64,000 bases of DNA from Planctomycetota bacterium (GTDB taxonomy: Bacteria > Planctomycetota > UBA1135 > UBA2386): contig JBKAGP010000001.1 of NCBI GenBank assembly GCA_046290465.1, positions 5,984,001-6,048,000 of the forward strand. The letters run 5' to 3'. Of this stretch, positions 48,824 through 57,965 are shown piece by piece; the first letter of the stretch is position 1, and each line of letters opens with the position of its first letter. The notes under the pieces are model-generated. The model ran no database searches. It saw only the letters and a list, made by a program, of their open reading frames with translations, and had not been told where the DNA came from. The position numbers were made by a program, and so were the translations under genes.

Positions 48824-50623
48824 CTACTGCGTGCCCAGGAACAGTTCGGTCGCGTTGGCGGTGATGCCGCCGAGCGCGTTGGTGCCCGGCGGCACCAGCA
48901 GCGCGCCCTGGGTCCAGAACGTCGACGCCGCCAGCAGCGGATCGTTGGGGATCGGCAGCGTCCAGACCATCGTCGAGCCGGCCAGCGGGAACACCGTCAG
49001 GATGTTCTGGTTCTGCTGGTAGACGCGGCAGCCCGGCGCGCCGAACGGCGCCAGGTCGACGCCGCCGGGGATGCCGACCGCGCCGAGCAGCACCAGGCCG
49101 ATCGAGCCGGCCGGGTTCGGGATGCCGTTGAGCGTCTGCACGAACGTGCCGCCGAGGATCGGGCGGTTGAGCGCGATCCAGCTGATGCCGCCGCAGCCCT
49201 GGCCGACGCTGGTCGCGCTGGCGATCGGGCCGTTGTCGACGATGTTCAGCTCGAGGCGGTACGGCTGGATCGCGTCGATGCCCGAGCCATTGACGCGGAT
49301 CGAGTAGGTGCCCGCGCTGATCGCGTAGCCGGCGATGGTCTCGGTCTGGCCGATGCCGGCCGAGCCCGAGAAGGTCAGCAGCGACGTGCCGGTGCCGTTG
49401 AACAGGAACACGTTCAGGTTGCGCAGCGTCGACGGGTTGAGCGTCGTGCCGGCGGAGCAGTTGCCGTTCTGCAGCTGCGGCCCCTCGATGTAGGGGGTGC
49501 CGACCGGGATCACCGAGATCGTCGCCAGCTTGTCGGACAGCACCGAGAACGTGAACTGGTCGAGGTCCGACGACGCGTCGATGCTGACGTTGGTGACGTT
49601 GGTGACGCCGTCGGAAACCTGGCCGAGGTCGGACGCCTGCGTGATCGAGTCGTTGGGCTCGAGCGGGTCGCCGTAGAGGCGCTGGCCGCTCAGGATGTCG
49701 TCGAACTGCGGGCCGCTGTAGAACGTCGAGATCAGCGGCTCCATCAGTTTGGAGTCGTTGATCGGGCAGACGTGCGCGATGCCGAGGCCGTGGCCGTGCT
49801 CGTGCGTCAGCACGTTGAAGAAGCGACGGTAGTTGGACGAAGGGTTGCCGAAGAAGCCGGCGTCGCTCGAGTCCAGCACCATGTCGCCGTCGTTGGGGTA
49901 GGCGTTGTAGGCGAGGATGTTGCTGCCGCCGTCGATGAACTTCATGCCGATGCGCACGTCGCCGCGCACGTTGATCTGGCCGCCGGCCCCGCCGTGCGTG
50001 GCGCCGTCGTCGTTCGGCTCGTAGACGTAGGTGATGCCGGTCAGTTCGCCCCAGCGATCGAACGCGCTGTGGATGATGTTCTGCCAGGTCGTCGGGTTGC
50101 CGAACTGCGCGTTGAGCACCGCGAACATGTTGCTGCCGCCCGCCGGCTCGCCGACGCCGCTCGGGATGAACGTGCCGTCCGGGACGAAGCTGTAGCGGAT
50201 CGTCGTCGGGTCGCCCCACTGCAGGCCGCCGCCGCTCGAGGCGGTCGAGGTCCAGCGCGTCACCGGCTGGAACGAGTTGGTGTTCTGGATCGCGGCGTTG
50301 AACAGCGCAGCCGCCTGCGGCGTCGGCATGTTCTGCCAGCAGCCGTGCACGACCGAGCGTTCGCGCGGCAGGCGGAACAGCCGCACGATCATGTCCTGGT
50401 GCGTCGGCGACAGCCACAGGTAGTCGTCGAGCGCGCGCGGCGCGGTGGTGTCGAAGTCGCCGTCTTCGGTGAAGCGCAGCTTGCCGAGCATCGGCTCCTG
50501 TGCCTGCAGCAGCGGCAGGTCCGGCGTCGGCAGCGTCGGCGGGGCCGACTGGGCCAGCAGCGGGGCCAGCAGGACGGGGGCGGCGAAGGCCGCTCGGAAG
50601 GCGGTGCGGACGAGTTCGTGCAT
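48824..50623 (-). CDS. Secreted matrixin-like (M10) metalloprotease with PPC-like and C-terminal domain
   Basis: HEHGHGLGIAH, Met-turn LMEP, EPND, signal peptide. Confidence 0.9.
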   Translation of the reverse strand: MHELVRTAFRAAFAAPVLLAPLLAQSAPPTLPTPDLPLLQAQEPMLGKLRFTEDGDFDTTAPRALDDYLWLSPTHQDMIVRLFRLPRERSVVHGCWQNMPTPQAAALFNAAIQNTNSFQPVTRWTSTASSGGGLQWGDPTTIRYSFVPDGTFIPSGVGEPAGGSNMFAVLNAQFGNPTTWQNIIHSAFDRWGELTGITYVYEPNDDGATHGGAGGQINVRGDVRIGMKFIDGGSNILAYNAYPNDGDMVLDSSDAGFFGNPSSNYRRFFNVLTHEHGHGLGIAHVCPINDSKLMEPLISTFYSGPQFDDILSGQRLYGDPLEPNDSITQASDLGQVSDGVTNVTNVSIDASSDLDQFTFSVLSDKLATISVIPVGTPYIEGPQLQNGNCSAGTTLNPSTLRNLNVFLFNGTGTSLLTFSGSAGIGQTETIAGYAISAGTYSIRVNGSGIDAIQPYRLELNIVDNGPIASATSVGQGCGGISWIALNRPILGGTFVQTLNGIPNPAGSIGLVLLGAVGIPGGVDLAPFGAPGCRVYQQNQNILTVFPLAGSTMVWTLPIPNDPLLAASTFWTQGALLVPPGTNALGGITANATELFLGTQ

Positions 50624-50790
50624 GGCAAACGGAAGGCGGGCTGCAGGCATGGGCGGCGCCCGGGCGCGCGCCGCAGCAGGTAGTTTGCCCTGGTTCTTCG
50701 GCGCTTGTCCACTCCTTGCAGCGGCCGACGGAGCGTCTGGGCGTTCGCATCGGGCGCACCGCATCGCTACCCTGCTCGGCCCGATCGCCC

Positions 50791-52185
50791 ATGACCCACC
50801 CGCAAGTCGTCCGCGTCTACAGCACCTACCAGGACCCCGACTACGAATGCCCCTGGCAGAGCGTGGCGCCGCGCGGCAGCACCGGCTCGGGCGTGATCGT
50901 CGGCTCGCAGCGCATCCTGACCGGCGCGCACGTGGTCGCCAACGCGACCTTCGTGCAGGTGCAGAAGCAGAGCGACCCGAAGAAGTTCACCGCGCGCGTG
51001 CTGGCGATCAGCCACGACTGCGACCTGGCGCTGCTCGAGATCGAGGACAGGGCCTTCACCCGCGGCATCAAGCCGGCCGTCGTCGGCGACCTCCCCAAGC
51101 TGCGCGACGAGGTGCAGGTGGTCGGCTACCCGATCGGCGGCGAGGAGGTCTCGATCACCGAGGGCGTCGTCTCGCGCATCGAGGTGCAGCGCTACGAGCA
51201 CAGCCAGCGGCACCTGCTCGCGGTGACCGTCGACGCCGCGATCAACGAAGGCAACAGCGGCGGCCCGGTGTTCGCGCGCGGCAAGGTGGTCGGCATCGCG
51301 TTCCAGGCGCTGCCCGACGCCGAGAACGTCGGCGAGATGGTGCCGGCGCCGATCCTCAAGGTGTTCCTCGACGGCGTGAAGAAGAAGAAGCCGGCCGACG
51401 TGCCGGGCATCGGGGTGTCGACGCAGCCGCTCGAGAACCCGGCGTTGCGCAAGCACTTCGGCATGAAGAAGGCCGACAGCGGCGTGCTGGTGACCGCGGT
51501 GCAGTACGGCTCGAGCGCGTGGGGGCAGTTCGAGCCGGGCGACGTGCTGATGCAGCTGCACGGCCACAAGATCGCCGACAACGGCACCATCAAGTACCGC
51601 GGCCGCTACCGCTGCCAGTTCGACGCGCTGATCGGCGACTTCCACTGCGGCGACGAGGTCAAGGCGCGCGTGTTGCGCAAGGGCAAGGCCAAGGACGTCG
51701 AACTGCTGATGCAGCCGATGCAGTGGCTGGTGCCGCGCACCGAGTACGACCGGCGGCCGATGTGGTTCGTGTTCGGCGGGCTGGTGTTCCAGCGGGTGAC
51801 CGCCGAGTTCTTGCGCAACTGGGGCGACAACTGGTGGGACAAGGCCCCCAAGGGCCTGCTGCACGACTACTACTACGGGTTGCGGCGGCCGCAGCAGCAG
51901 GAGGTCGTGGTGCTGGCGCAGGTGCTCGCCGACGACGTCAACGTCGGCTACGAGTCGTTCGCCAACGACGCCGTGACCAGCGTCGACGGCAAGCTGCCGG
52001 TCGACATGGCCGACTTCGTCAAGCGCATGGACCGCGCCGACGGCGAGGTCGCGCTGCAGCTGGCGTCCGGGGCGACGGTGCTGCTCGACGTCGACGCGGC
52101 GCGCGCGGCCGAGGCGCGCATCCTCGACCTCTACCACCTGCCGGGGGACCGTTCGTCGGACCTGCCCAGGCGGCGGCGCCGCTGA
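50791..52185 (+). CDS. Deg/HtrA serine protease (plant Deg2/Deg9-like, no signal peptide)
   Basis: GSGV, ILTGAHVV, CDLALL, GYPIGG, GVVSRIE, DAAINEGNSGGP; PDZ domains. Confidence 0.92.
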   Translation: MTHPQVVRVYSTYQDPDYECPWQSVAPRGSTGSGVIVGSQRILTGAHVVANATFVQVQKQSDPKKFTARVLAISHDCDLALLEIEDRAFTRGIKPAVVGDLPKLRDEVQVVGYPIGGEEVSITEGVVSRIEVQRYEHSQRHLLAVTVDAAINEGNSGGPVFARGKVVGIAFQALPDAENVGEMVPAPILKVFLDGVKKKKPADVPGIGVSTQPLENPALRKHFGMKKADSGVLVTAVQYGSSAWGQFEPGDVLMQLHGHKIADNGTIKYRGRYRCQFDALIGDFHCGDEVKARVLRKGKAKDVELLMQPMQWLVPRTEYDRRPMWFVFGGLVFQRVTAEFLRNWGDNWWDKAPKGLLHDYYYGLRRPQQQEVVVLAQVLADDVNVGYESFANDAVTSVDGKLPVDMADFVKRMDRADGEVALQLASGATVLLDVDAARAAEARILDLYHLPGDRSSDLPRRRRR

Positions 52186-52250
52186 TGTTGTCGTGGCGGC
52201 TGCGTAACGAAGCGCGCGCCCGCCGCAAGCACCCCGTCCGGCCGATCGCC

Positions 52251-52266
52251 GGGCACGCGCCTTGCT
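52251..52266 (+). promoter_or_regulatory. Sigma-54 (-24/-12) promoter
   Basis: GGGCACGCGCCTTGCT; predicted +1 near 52277, next to ATG 52278. Confidence 0.6.
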
Positions 52267-52277
52267 CCGGGCGCGGC

Positions 52278-52781
52278 ATGCGCCCCCTCGGCGTGCTGCT
52301 CGTGACCTCCCTCGCCTCGCTGTCGGCGCAGTGCGATCCGATCTGGGCCGGCGGCTACGGCTGCCCGGGCGTGGCCATGGAGGCCCGCGCGGCGACCACG
52401 TGGGACCCCGACGGCCCGGGCCCGCTCGGCGCCCACCTGGTGGTCGGCGGCTTCCTGCAGGTCGCGGGCCGCGCCGCGTGCGACAAGCTGGCGATGTGGG
52501 ATCCGCTCACGCGCACGTGGAGCGCGGTCGCGTCGCCGCCGGGCGAGGTGGCCTCGGCGCTCGCGGTGTTGCCGAACGGCGAACTGGCCGTGGCGACCCA
52601 CGCGCAGCCGTTCCCGTTCTCGGAGCCGACCGACGTCTACCGGTTCGACGGCACCAGCTGGCTCGCGATGGGCGGCACGTTCGACGAGCGCGTCGACGAG
52701 CTGCTCGTCAGCGCGACCGGCGAACTCTACGCCGCGGGCGCCTTCGCGCAGGTCGGCGGCGCTGCGATCGGCGCGTTCTGA
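52278..52781 (+). pseudogene. Probably truncated secreted beta-propeller protein (WDPDGPGP type)
   Basis: Signal peptide, QC..W, WDPDGPGP, LVVGG, LAVLPNGELAV, RFDGTSW, LYAAGAF; stops mid-repeat after about 3 blades. Confidence 0.55.
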
Positions 52782-52813
52782 CGATCTGCAGCTCGCCGGG
52801 AATCCTCGAGGGG

Positions 52814-52854
52814 TTGACACGAAGTGTGCTCACTGTTCTAGTTGATCTAGAACA
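52814..52854 (+). promoter_or_regulatory. Sigma-70 promoter overlapped by a palindromic GntR/YtrA operator
   Basis: TTGACA (52814)-N17-TCTAGT with an extended TG; inverted repeat TGTTCTAG-N5-CTAGAACA (52834-52854). Confidence 0.75.
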
Positions 52855-52869
52855 CTAGAGACACCTACC

Positions 52870-53274
52870 GTGATCATCCGCATCGACCCGACTTCGCCCG
52901 AACCCCTGTTCGAACAGGTGGTGTTCGCCGTAAAGGCATCCGTCGCGAAGGGTTCCGCCAATGCCGGCGACAAGCTCCCGAGCGTTCGCGAGCTGGCGCG
53001 GGAGCTCGCGATCAACCCGAACACCGTCGTGCGCGCCTACGAGGTGCTCGAGCGCGACGGCGTGATCGTGCGTCGCCAGGGAGCCGGGTGCTTCTTGACC
53101 GGCCACGGCGCCAGGAAGGAGCTGGCGACCGCCGAGCGCCGTCGCCAGCTGCACGAACTGCTGCGCCGCGCCGCGACCGAGGGCTTCCACCTCGGCTTCG
53201 ACGCCGACGAGATCGAGCGCGCGCTGCACAAGTGTCTCACCGAGTTGAAGTTCGATCCGCAGAGGAAGAAGTGA
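52870..53274 (+). CDS. GntR-family (YtrA subfamily) transcriptional regulator
   Basis: PLFEQV, KLPSVRELA..INPNTVVRAY, RQGAG; short C-terminus. Confidence 0.95.
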   Translation: MIIRIDPTSPEPLFEQVVFAVKASVAKGSANAGDKLPSVRELARELAINPNTVVRAYEVLERDGVIVRRQGAGCFLTGHGARKELATAERRRQLHELLRRAATEGFHLGFDADEIERALHKCLTELKFDPQRKK

Positions 53275-54218
53275 TGACGACCCCGACGATCCGATTCGAT
53301 CAGGTGCACCGCTGGTTCGGTGCCCACCACGTGCTGCGCGGACTGAGCTTCGACGTGCAGCCCGGCACCGTCTACGCGCTGCTCGGCCGCAACGGTGCCG
53401 GCAAGACCACCGCGCTGCGGATCCTGCTCGGCTTCCTGCAGCCGCTCGCGGGCACCGCCTCGGTGTTCGGCCAGGACTGCGCGGCGCTCGGTGCCGAACA
53501 CCGCGCCCGCATCGGCTACGTCGGCGAGGAGCACCGGCTCTACCCGACGATGAGCGTCGCCGGCGCGATCGCGTTCGAGGCGGGCACGCGGCCGACGTTC
53601 CGGCGCGAGTTCGCCGAGGAGGCGGTCCGCCGCTGCGGCCTGCGCGGCAAGCAGCGCGTGCCGCTGCTGTCGCGTGGCCAGCGCGCGCAGCTGAGCCTGG
53701 TGCTCGCGGTCGCGAGCGCGCCGGAGCTGCTGATCTGCGACGACCCGGCGCTCGGGCTCGACGTAGTGATGCGGCGCGAATTCCTCGATGTGATGATCGA
53801 CCTGCTGGCCGACACCGGCTGTTCGGTGCTGTTCAGCTCGCACTTCCTCAGCGACGTCGAGCGCGTCGCCGACCACGTCGGCATCCTGCACGAGGGCCGG
53901 CTGCTGGTGGACGCGACGCTCGACGACCTCAAGCGGCGCGTGCGTCGCTGCGTGTGGTTGCCCAACGACGGCGAGGCGGCGCCGGTGGCAGGGGACGAGG
54001 TGCTGCGGGTCGGCGCCCGGCGCCAGGGGTTCGAGCTGACGCTGCTCGACGCGGGCGATGCGACGTTCGCCGACCTGCGCGCTCGCGGCGACCTGTCGGA
54101 GCCGGTCGCGCCGTCGCTGGAGGACCTGTTTCTGGACCTGACCGGGCCCGCAGAGCCAGGGCTGCTGCGCGAACCGATCGACCGGATGTTGGCCGCGCGG
54201 GCCGGAGGTGTGCGATGA
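53274..54218 (+). CDS. ABC transporter ATP-binding protein (YtrB-like)
   Basis: GRNGAGKT, LSRGQ, LICDDP, SSH. Confidence 0.93.
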   Translation: MTTPTIRFDQVHRWFGAHHVLRGLSFDVQPGTVYALLGRNGAGKTTALRILLGFLQPLAGTASVFGQDCAALGAEHRARIGYVGEEHRLYPTMSVAGAIAFEAGTRPTFRREFAEEAVRRCGLRGKQRVPLLSRGQRAQLSLVLAVASAPELLICDDPALGLDVVMRREFLDVMIDLLADTGCSVLFSSHFLSDVERVADHVGILHEGRLLVDATLDDLKRRVRRCVWLPNDGEAAPVAGDEVLRVGARRQGFELTLLDAGDATFADLRARGDLSEPVAPSLEDLFLDLTGPAEPGLLREPIDRMLAARAGGVR

Positions 54219-56173
54219 ACGGGTTGCTGCGCAAGGACTGGCCGTGGCTTTGGACCATGGCGTTCGGCGGCGCGCTCGCGCTCGGCATGGTGGCGGCCAG
54301 CCAGGGCTTCCTGCAGCTGTTCGTGATGACCCCCGGCCGCTCGGAGGACCTGTTCTACACGGCGGGTTCGATGGGGCTGTTCGTCGGCGCGTTCGCGGGC
54401 ATCTGGGATCCGCTGCTCGGGACGCGCGAGTTCCTGCGGCACCGACCGGTCTCGACGGCGCAGCTCGCCAGCGCCCCGTTGCGCGCGGTCGGCCTCGTGC
54501 TGCTGACGTGGACGCTGCTGGTGCCGCCGGTCGCCTGGGTGGTGGCGTCGTTCTGGAGCGGCTTGTTCGAGCCGGGCCACTGGGCCGGCTACTGGGAGAT
54601 CGTCGCGGCGGTCGCGATCGCGTGGCCGGCGGCCGCCGTCGGCTGCGCGGCGGTCGCGCTGCCGGCACCGTGGTGGACGCGGCTTGCGTTCGGGGCAGCC
54701 GGCGCGCTGGTCGTCGGCTTCGTCGTCGACCGCGGCTCGCAGACCGACGGGCCGTTCGCCGATGCCTCCGTCTACGCCGCGCTGTGCGTCGGCCTGGCGG
54801 TGCCGTTGTTCTGGCTGGCGCGCGACGCCGGCCGGCTGCAGGCCGACCGCGATGCGCCATGGACGCCGCGCACCACCGCGATCCACGGCGGCGCGCTGGC
54901 GTTGACGCTGGGCCTGCTGTTCGCCGGCGTCGCGCTCGACGGGCAGAAGATCGCGCTGCACGAACTGCAGGGCGCCTACCCGCAGCTGTCGCTGGTCGGT
55001 CGCGAGGTCGTGCTGTGGCATCGGGGCGAGCACTGGCGCGACCGCGTGATCTGCGACGCGCAGCACGCAGAGACCGATGCAAAGCTGTCGCCGGACAACG
55101 ACGACCGGCTGCGGTTCCGCGAGCCGCGGCCGCGCTCGCTGTTCGAGATCGAAGCGCCCCGTTGGCACCGTCACGGCCACATCGCCTACGACTTCGGCCT
55201 CGGCGACGGCGTGACGCTGCTGGTCGACCATGCCGGCCGTTCGTGGGGCTACCTCAACAAGGAGCGGCGCCTGGTCGCGATCCAGCGTGACGGCCGGGAG
55301 GGCGAGCCGACGTTCTCGCCGGGCAGCGAGCTCGAGCACCTCGAAGACCTCGACCTGCGAGCCACCCGGCGTCGCACCGCGTTCGTCGTCGATGCGGCCG
55401 ACGGTTCGCTGTGGCAGTTCGACCGCAGCAAGGGCGCGTTCGTCGCGTTTGCGCTGCCGGGCGGCGATCGCTTCCGTAGCCGCGGCTACCTGCGGCTCGG
55501 GCAGGACGTCGACCTGTCGGACTCGCCGCTGCTCGAGTCGGCGCTGCGTGCTGATCCGGGCGACGACGTCGAATACGTGCAGGGGGAGCGCGGCGCCTAC
55601 GCGATCCGCGGCGGTGCCTGGGTCGAGGTCCAGCTGCCGCCGCGCGAGCCGTCCGGCCCGGGGCCGATCGAGCCGGTGGTCGTCGGCGACGACCCGGTGC
55701 AGTTCGTCGTCGAGCTGCCCGAGGGCGATCGCCACGCGGCGTTCCGGCACGAGTTCCGACCGCGCACGCTGGCCGAACGGGCACACCTCGCGCATGCCAG
55801 CGCCTGGTCGCTGCTGCGGCCACCGGTGCTGCAGGTGGTCGCGTTCGCGCGCTGCCGCGCCGACGACCGCCAGCCGTCGGTGTTCGACGACCACCTGCTG
55901 CTGGACCGTTCGCGGTTCTGGCTGCTGGCGCTGTGCGTGCTCGGCGCGCTGGCGTCGGGTTGGTTCGTCCGTCGTCGGCTGCGGCGGCTCGGCGCCGACG
56001 CCGCGGTCGTGCGGTTCTGGTCGCTGGTGGCCGTCGTCACGGGCGTCGCCGGCGTCGTCGCCAGCGTGCTGTGCGTGCGGCCGCGCTCGCTGCGTCGGCC
56101 GACGATCGAGCCGGCGCCGCCGCCGCGCATTCGCACCGAGACCCGGACAAGGACCCAGGAGGTGATGTCATGA
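54215..56173 (+). CDS. Multi-pass membrane protein (probable ABC permease) with large extracytoplasmic domain
   Basis: LLRKDW, FLRHRPVS (ABC-2-like), ~7 N-terminal TMs, soluble domain, C-terminal TMs; ATGA coupling. Confidence 0.7.
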   Translation: MNGLLRKDWPWLWTMAFGGALALGMVAASQGFLQLFVMTPGRSEDLFYTAGSMGLFVGAFAGIWDPLLGTREFLRHRPVSTAQLASAPLRAVGLVLLTWTLLVPPVAWVVASFWSGLFEPGHWAGYWEIVAAVAIAWPAAAVGCAAVALPAPWWTRLAFGAAGALVVGFVVDRGSQTDGPFADASVYAALCVGLAVPLFWLARDAGRLQADRDAPWTPRTTAIHGGALALTLGLLFAGVALDGQKIALHELQGAYPQLSLVGREVVLWHRGEHWRDRVICDAQHAETDAKLSPDNDDRLRFREPRPRSLFEIEAPRWHRHGHIAYDFGLGDGVTLLVDHAGRSWGYLNKERRLVAIQRDGREGEPTFSPGSELEHLEDLDLRATRRRTAFVVDAADGSLWQFDRSKGAFVAFALPGGDRFRSRGYLRLGQDVDLSDSPLLESALRADPGDDVEYVQGERGAYAIRGGAWVEVQLPPREPSGPGPIEPVVVGDDPVQFVVELPEGDRHAAFRHEFRPRTLAERAHLAHASAWSLLRPPVLQVVAFARCRADDRQPSVFDDHLLLDRSRFWLLALCVLGALASGWFVRRRLRRLGADAAVVRFWSLVAVVTGVAGVVASVLCVRPRSLRRPTIEPAPPPRIRTETRTRTQEVMS

Positions 56174-57960
56174 TCCGTTCGTTCGTTCGTGGTGCCGCGC
56201 TCGCCGTGCTGGCGTGCGCCGCCGTCCCCGCCCAGATCAACGCCGACGGCCCGGCGATCAGCCCGTTCCGCGGCATGCGCAAGGTCGACCAGGGCATCGA
56301 GGTGCAGGTGCTCGACGACACCTGGTACCGGCTCGAGTCGGTCGCCGGCGTCGACACCGCGACGCTGCTGCAGGAGGCCAGGCGGCTGTGCCGGCCGGGC
56401 AACGACTGGAAGCGCATTACCGAGGACCTGCCCGCCCTGCTCGACGCGATGGGGCACGAGGTCGGCACCGACGTCGACGTGCGGGTGCGCAGCCTGCAGA
56501 ACGGCAAGCTGCGCACGTTCGAGGACGTGCGCATGACCGGCGAGAACCGCCGGCGCGTCAAGGAGGCGCAGCGCGGCGGGCGCCGCGGCGCCGCCCCGGC
56601 GGTCGCCAACCGGCGCGGCGGCACGATCACGGCCGCGGCCGCGCGCGAGGACCTGCAGGTGTTCCACAAGCTGCTCGCCGAACGGTTCGCCTACCGCGAA
56701 CTGCGGCCCGTCGACCTCGACGGGCTGCTGCGCCGCATCGGCGCCGAGCTGCCCGACGACGGCCTGCCGGTCGAACGGTTCGCCGCGCAGCTCGACGGCG
56801 TGCTGCGCGCGTTCGGCGACGGCCACTCGCGGCTGCGCGGCAGCGTCGGCCGCAACGAGCGCTGGCTGCCGTTCCTGATCCAGCAGGTCGACGGCGGCTA
56901 TGCGGCGTTCGCCAGCGATCGCGACGGCTTCGTGTCCGAACGGCATCCGTTCGTGCAGGCGATCGACGGCGTGCCGATCGAGCGCTGGCTGCTCGCCGCG
57001 CGCGAACGCGTGACCAGGGGCTCCGAGGTGATGCAGCGCGGCCAGTCCGAGCGGCTGCTGCGCAACCTCTCGGAGCTGCGCCGGGCGCTGTCGCTGCCCG
57101 ATCGCGACGCGGTCGCGGTGACGCTGCGCGGCGAGTCCGGCGAGCACCGGGTCGAACTCGAGGCGTCGCGCCGCAAGCCGATGTTCGGCGCCTGGCCGCG
57201 CAAGGCGACGGCGGTGCTCGACGGCAACGTCGGCTACCTGCGCATCGAGCGCATGGAGGGGGACGAGGCTTCGCTGCGCTTTCTCGACCAGGCGATGCAG
57301 AACTTCCGTGGCACGAAGGGGCTGGTGATCGACGTTCGCGGCAACGGCGGCGGCCGCCGCGACCCGCTGCGACGGCTCGCGCCGTACTTCCTGCCCGAAG
57401 GCGAGGCGGTGGTCGGCAACGTCGCCGCGTTCCTGCTCGAGGAAGGCAAGCCGGCGCCGCCCGACGCGCTCGCCAACCGCTACCTGTACCGCGCCGACTG
57501 GGACGGTTGGAACGACCGCCAGCGCGTCGCGATCGGCGCGTTCCTGCGCGGCTTCCGGCCGTCGTGGAAGCTGCCGAAGGGCCGCTTCTCGCCGTGGCAC
57601 TTCCTGGTGCTCGATCGCAGCGACAACGAAATGGCGTTCCACTACGACCGGCCGGTCGTGGTGCTGATCGACCGCGGCTGCTTCTCGGCGACCGACATCT
57701 TCGCCGGCGCCCTGCAGGCGATCGACACGGTCACGGTGGTGGGGGAGCGCTCGGCGGGCGGCAGCGGCCGCGCGCGCGGCTACCAGCTGCCCAACAGCGG
57801 CGTGCGCCTGCAGCTGTCGACGATGGCGTCGTTCCGCCCCGACGGCACGCTCTACGAAGGCCACGGCGTCGCGCCCGACGTCGAGGTCGTGACCCGGGCG
57901 ACGGACCTGATCGGGCGGACCGACACGGCACTGGCGCGGGCACTCGAGTTGCTACGGTAG
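56170..57960 (+). CDS. S41-family peptidase
   Basis: GDGHS, VGYLRI, LVIDVRGNGGG, CFSATDIF, VGERSAGG, GVAPDV. Confidence 0.9.
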   Translation: MIRSFVRGAALAVLACAAVPAQINADGPAISPFRGMRKVDQGIEVQVLDDTWYRLESVAGVDTATLLQEARRLCRPGNDWKRITEDLPALLDAMGHEVGTDVDVRVRSLQNGKLRTFEDVRMTGENRRRVKEAQRGGRRGAAPAVANRRGGTITAAAAREDLQVFHKLLAERFAYRELRPVDLDGLLRRIGAELPDDGLPVERFAAQLDGVLRAFGDGHSRLRGSVGRNERWLPFLIQQVDGGYAAFASDRDGFVSERHPFVQAIDGVPIERWLLAARERVTRGSEVMQRGQSERLLRNLSELRRALSLPDRDAVAVTLRGESGEHRVELEASRRKPMFGAWPRKATAVLDGNVGYLRIERMEGDEASLRFLDQAMQNFRGTKGLVIDVRGNGGGRRDPLRRLAPYFLPEGEAVVGNVAAFLLEEGKPAPPDALANRYLYRADWDGWNDRQRVAIGAFLRGFRPSWKLPKGRFSPWHFLVLDRSDNEMAFHYDRPVVVLIDRGCFSATDIFAGALQAIDTVTVVGERSAGGSGRARGYQLPNSGVRLQLSTMASFRPDGTLYEGHGVAPDVEVVTRATDLIGRTDTALARALELLR

Positions 57961-57965
57961 CGGGC

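Noticed and set aside
43669..50792. 1535-aa and 1547-aa ORFs suggesting giant proteins
   Set aside because: GC-rich frame run-through. Only 46149-48590 of the 1547-aa frame is protein-like; the matrixin is in another frame.
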